64,000 nucleotides of DNA from positions 132,496,001 to 132,560,000 of the forward strand of contig NW_024704742.1 in NCBI RefSeq assembly GCF_018977255.1. The letters run 5' to 3'. Source of the stretch: Callorhinchus milii (taxonomy: Eukaryota). The notes below the pieces were generated by a model. The model was not told where the DNA came from, did not search any database, and saw only the letters and a list, made by a program, of their open reading frames with translations. Positions 63,916 through 64,000 of this stretch are shown in pieces. Every line of letters starts with the position of its first letter. Within the stretch, counting starts at the first letter, position 1. The position numbers were made by a program, and so were the translations under genes.

Positions 63916-64000
63916 TAGTATCATATTCCATAAAGGTAGTAGGTAGCTGACAAAGGAAAGCCAAATGCTGTATGTAATTATTGTCCTCTTCCAGCTTTCC

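Noticed and set aside
1..64000. CRISPR arrays, prokaryotic operons, rRNA genes, U12-type introns
   Set aside because: None seen. The sequence is a vertebrate intron-exon locus and all DNAI1 donors look like U2-type GT sites.

Overview
Eukaryotic (vertebrate) genomic DNA. The repeat complement (tRNA-Ala SINEs, Deu-SINEs, C-rich L2 LINEs, CR1) points to a cartilaginous fish, probably a holocephalan such as elephant shark; this is inferred, not confirmed. The window lies inside the DNAI1 gene (dynein axonemal intermediate chain 1, WD40 protein) on the + strand. Twelve coding exons (1211-42659, equivalent to human exons 8-19) splice at GT-AG sites into an uninterrupted 1377-nt / 459-aa frame. The 5' exons are upstream of the window and I could not find the terminal exon. 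The introns are dense with retroelements: many L2 3' fragments (one with an RT domain), several SINE subfamilies, CR1 pieces, an R4/Dong/Rex6-type relic, three putative Tx1/L1-like relics and a Ginger2/KRBA2-type integrase fossil. I found no convincing new biological system. The most notable observations are: (i) the native exon-16 first base and codon match a human PCD-associated DNAI1 allele as I recall it (c.1490G>A/G497D); (ii) a covarying 3' stem-loop shared and apparently swapped between L2 and SINE subfamilies; (iii) a 49-bp inverted templated insertion inside a SINE; (iv) a Dong-like element sitting in a SINE's (TAA)n tail. Repeat boundaries are approximate and were read by eye.
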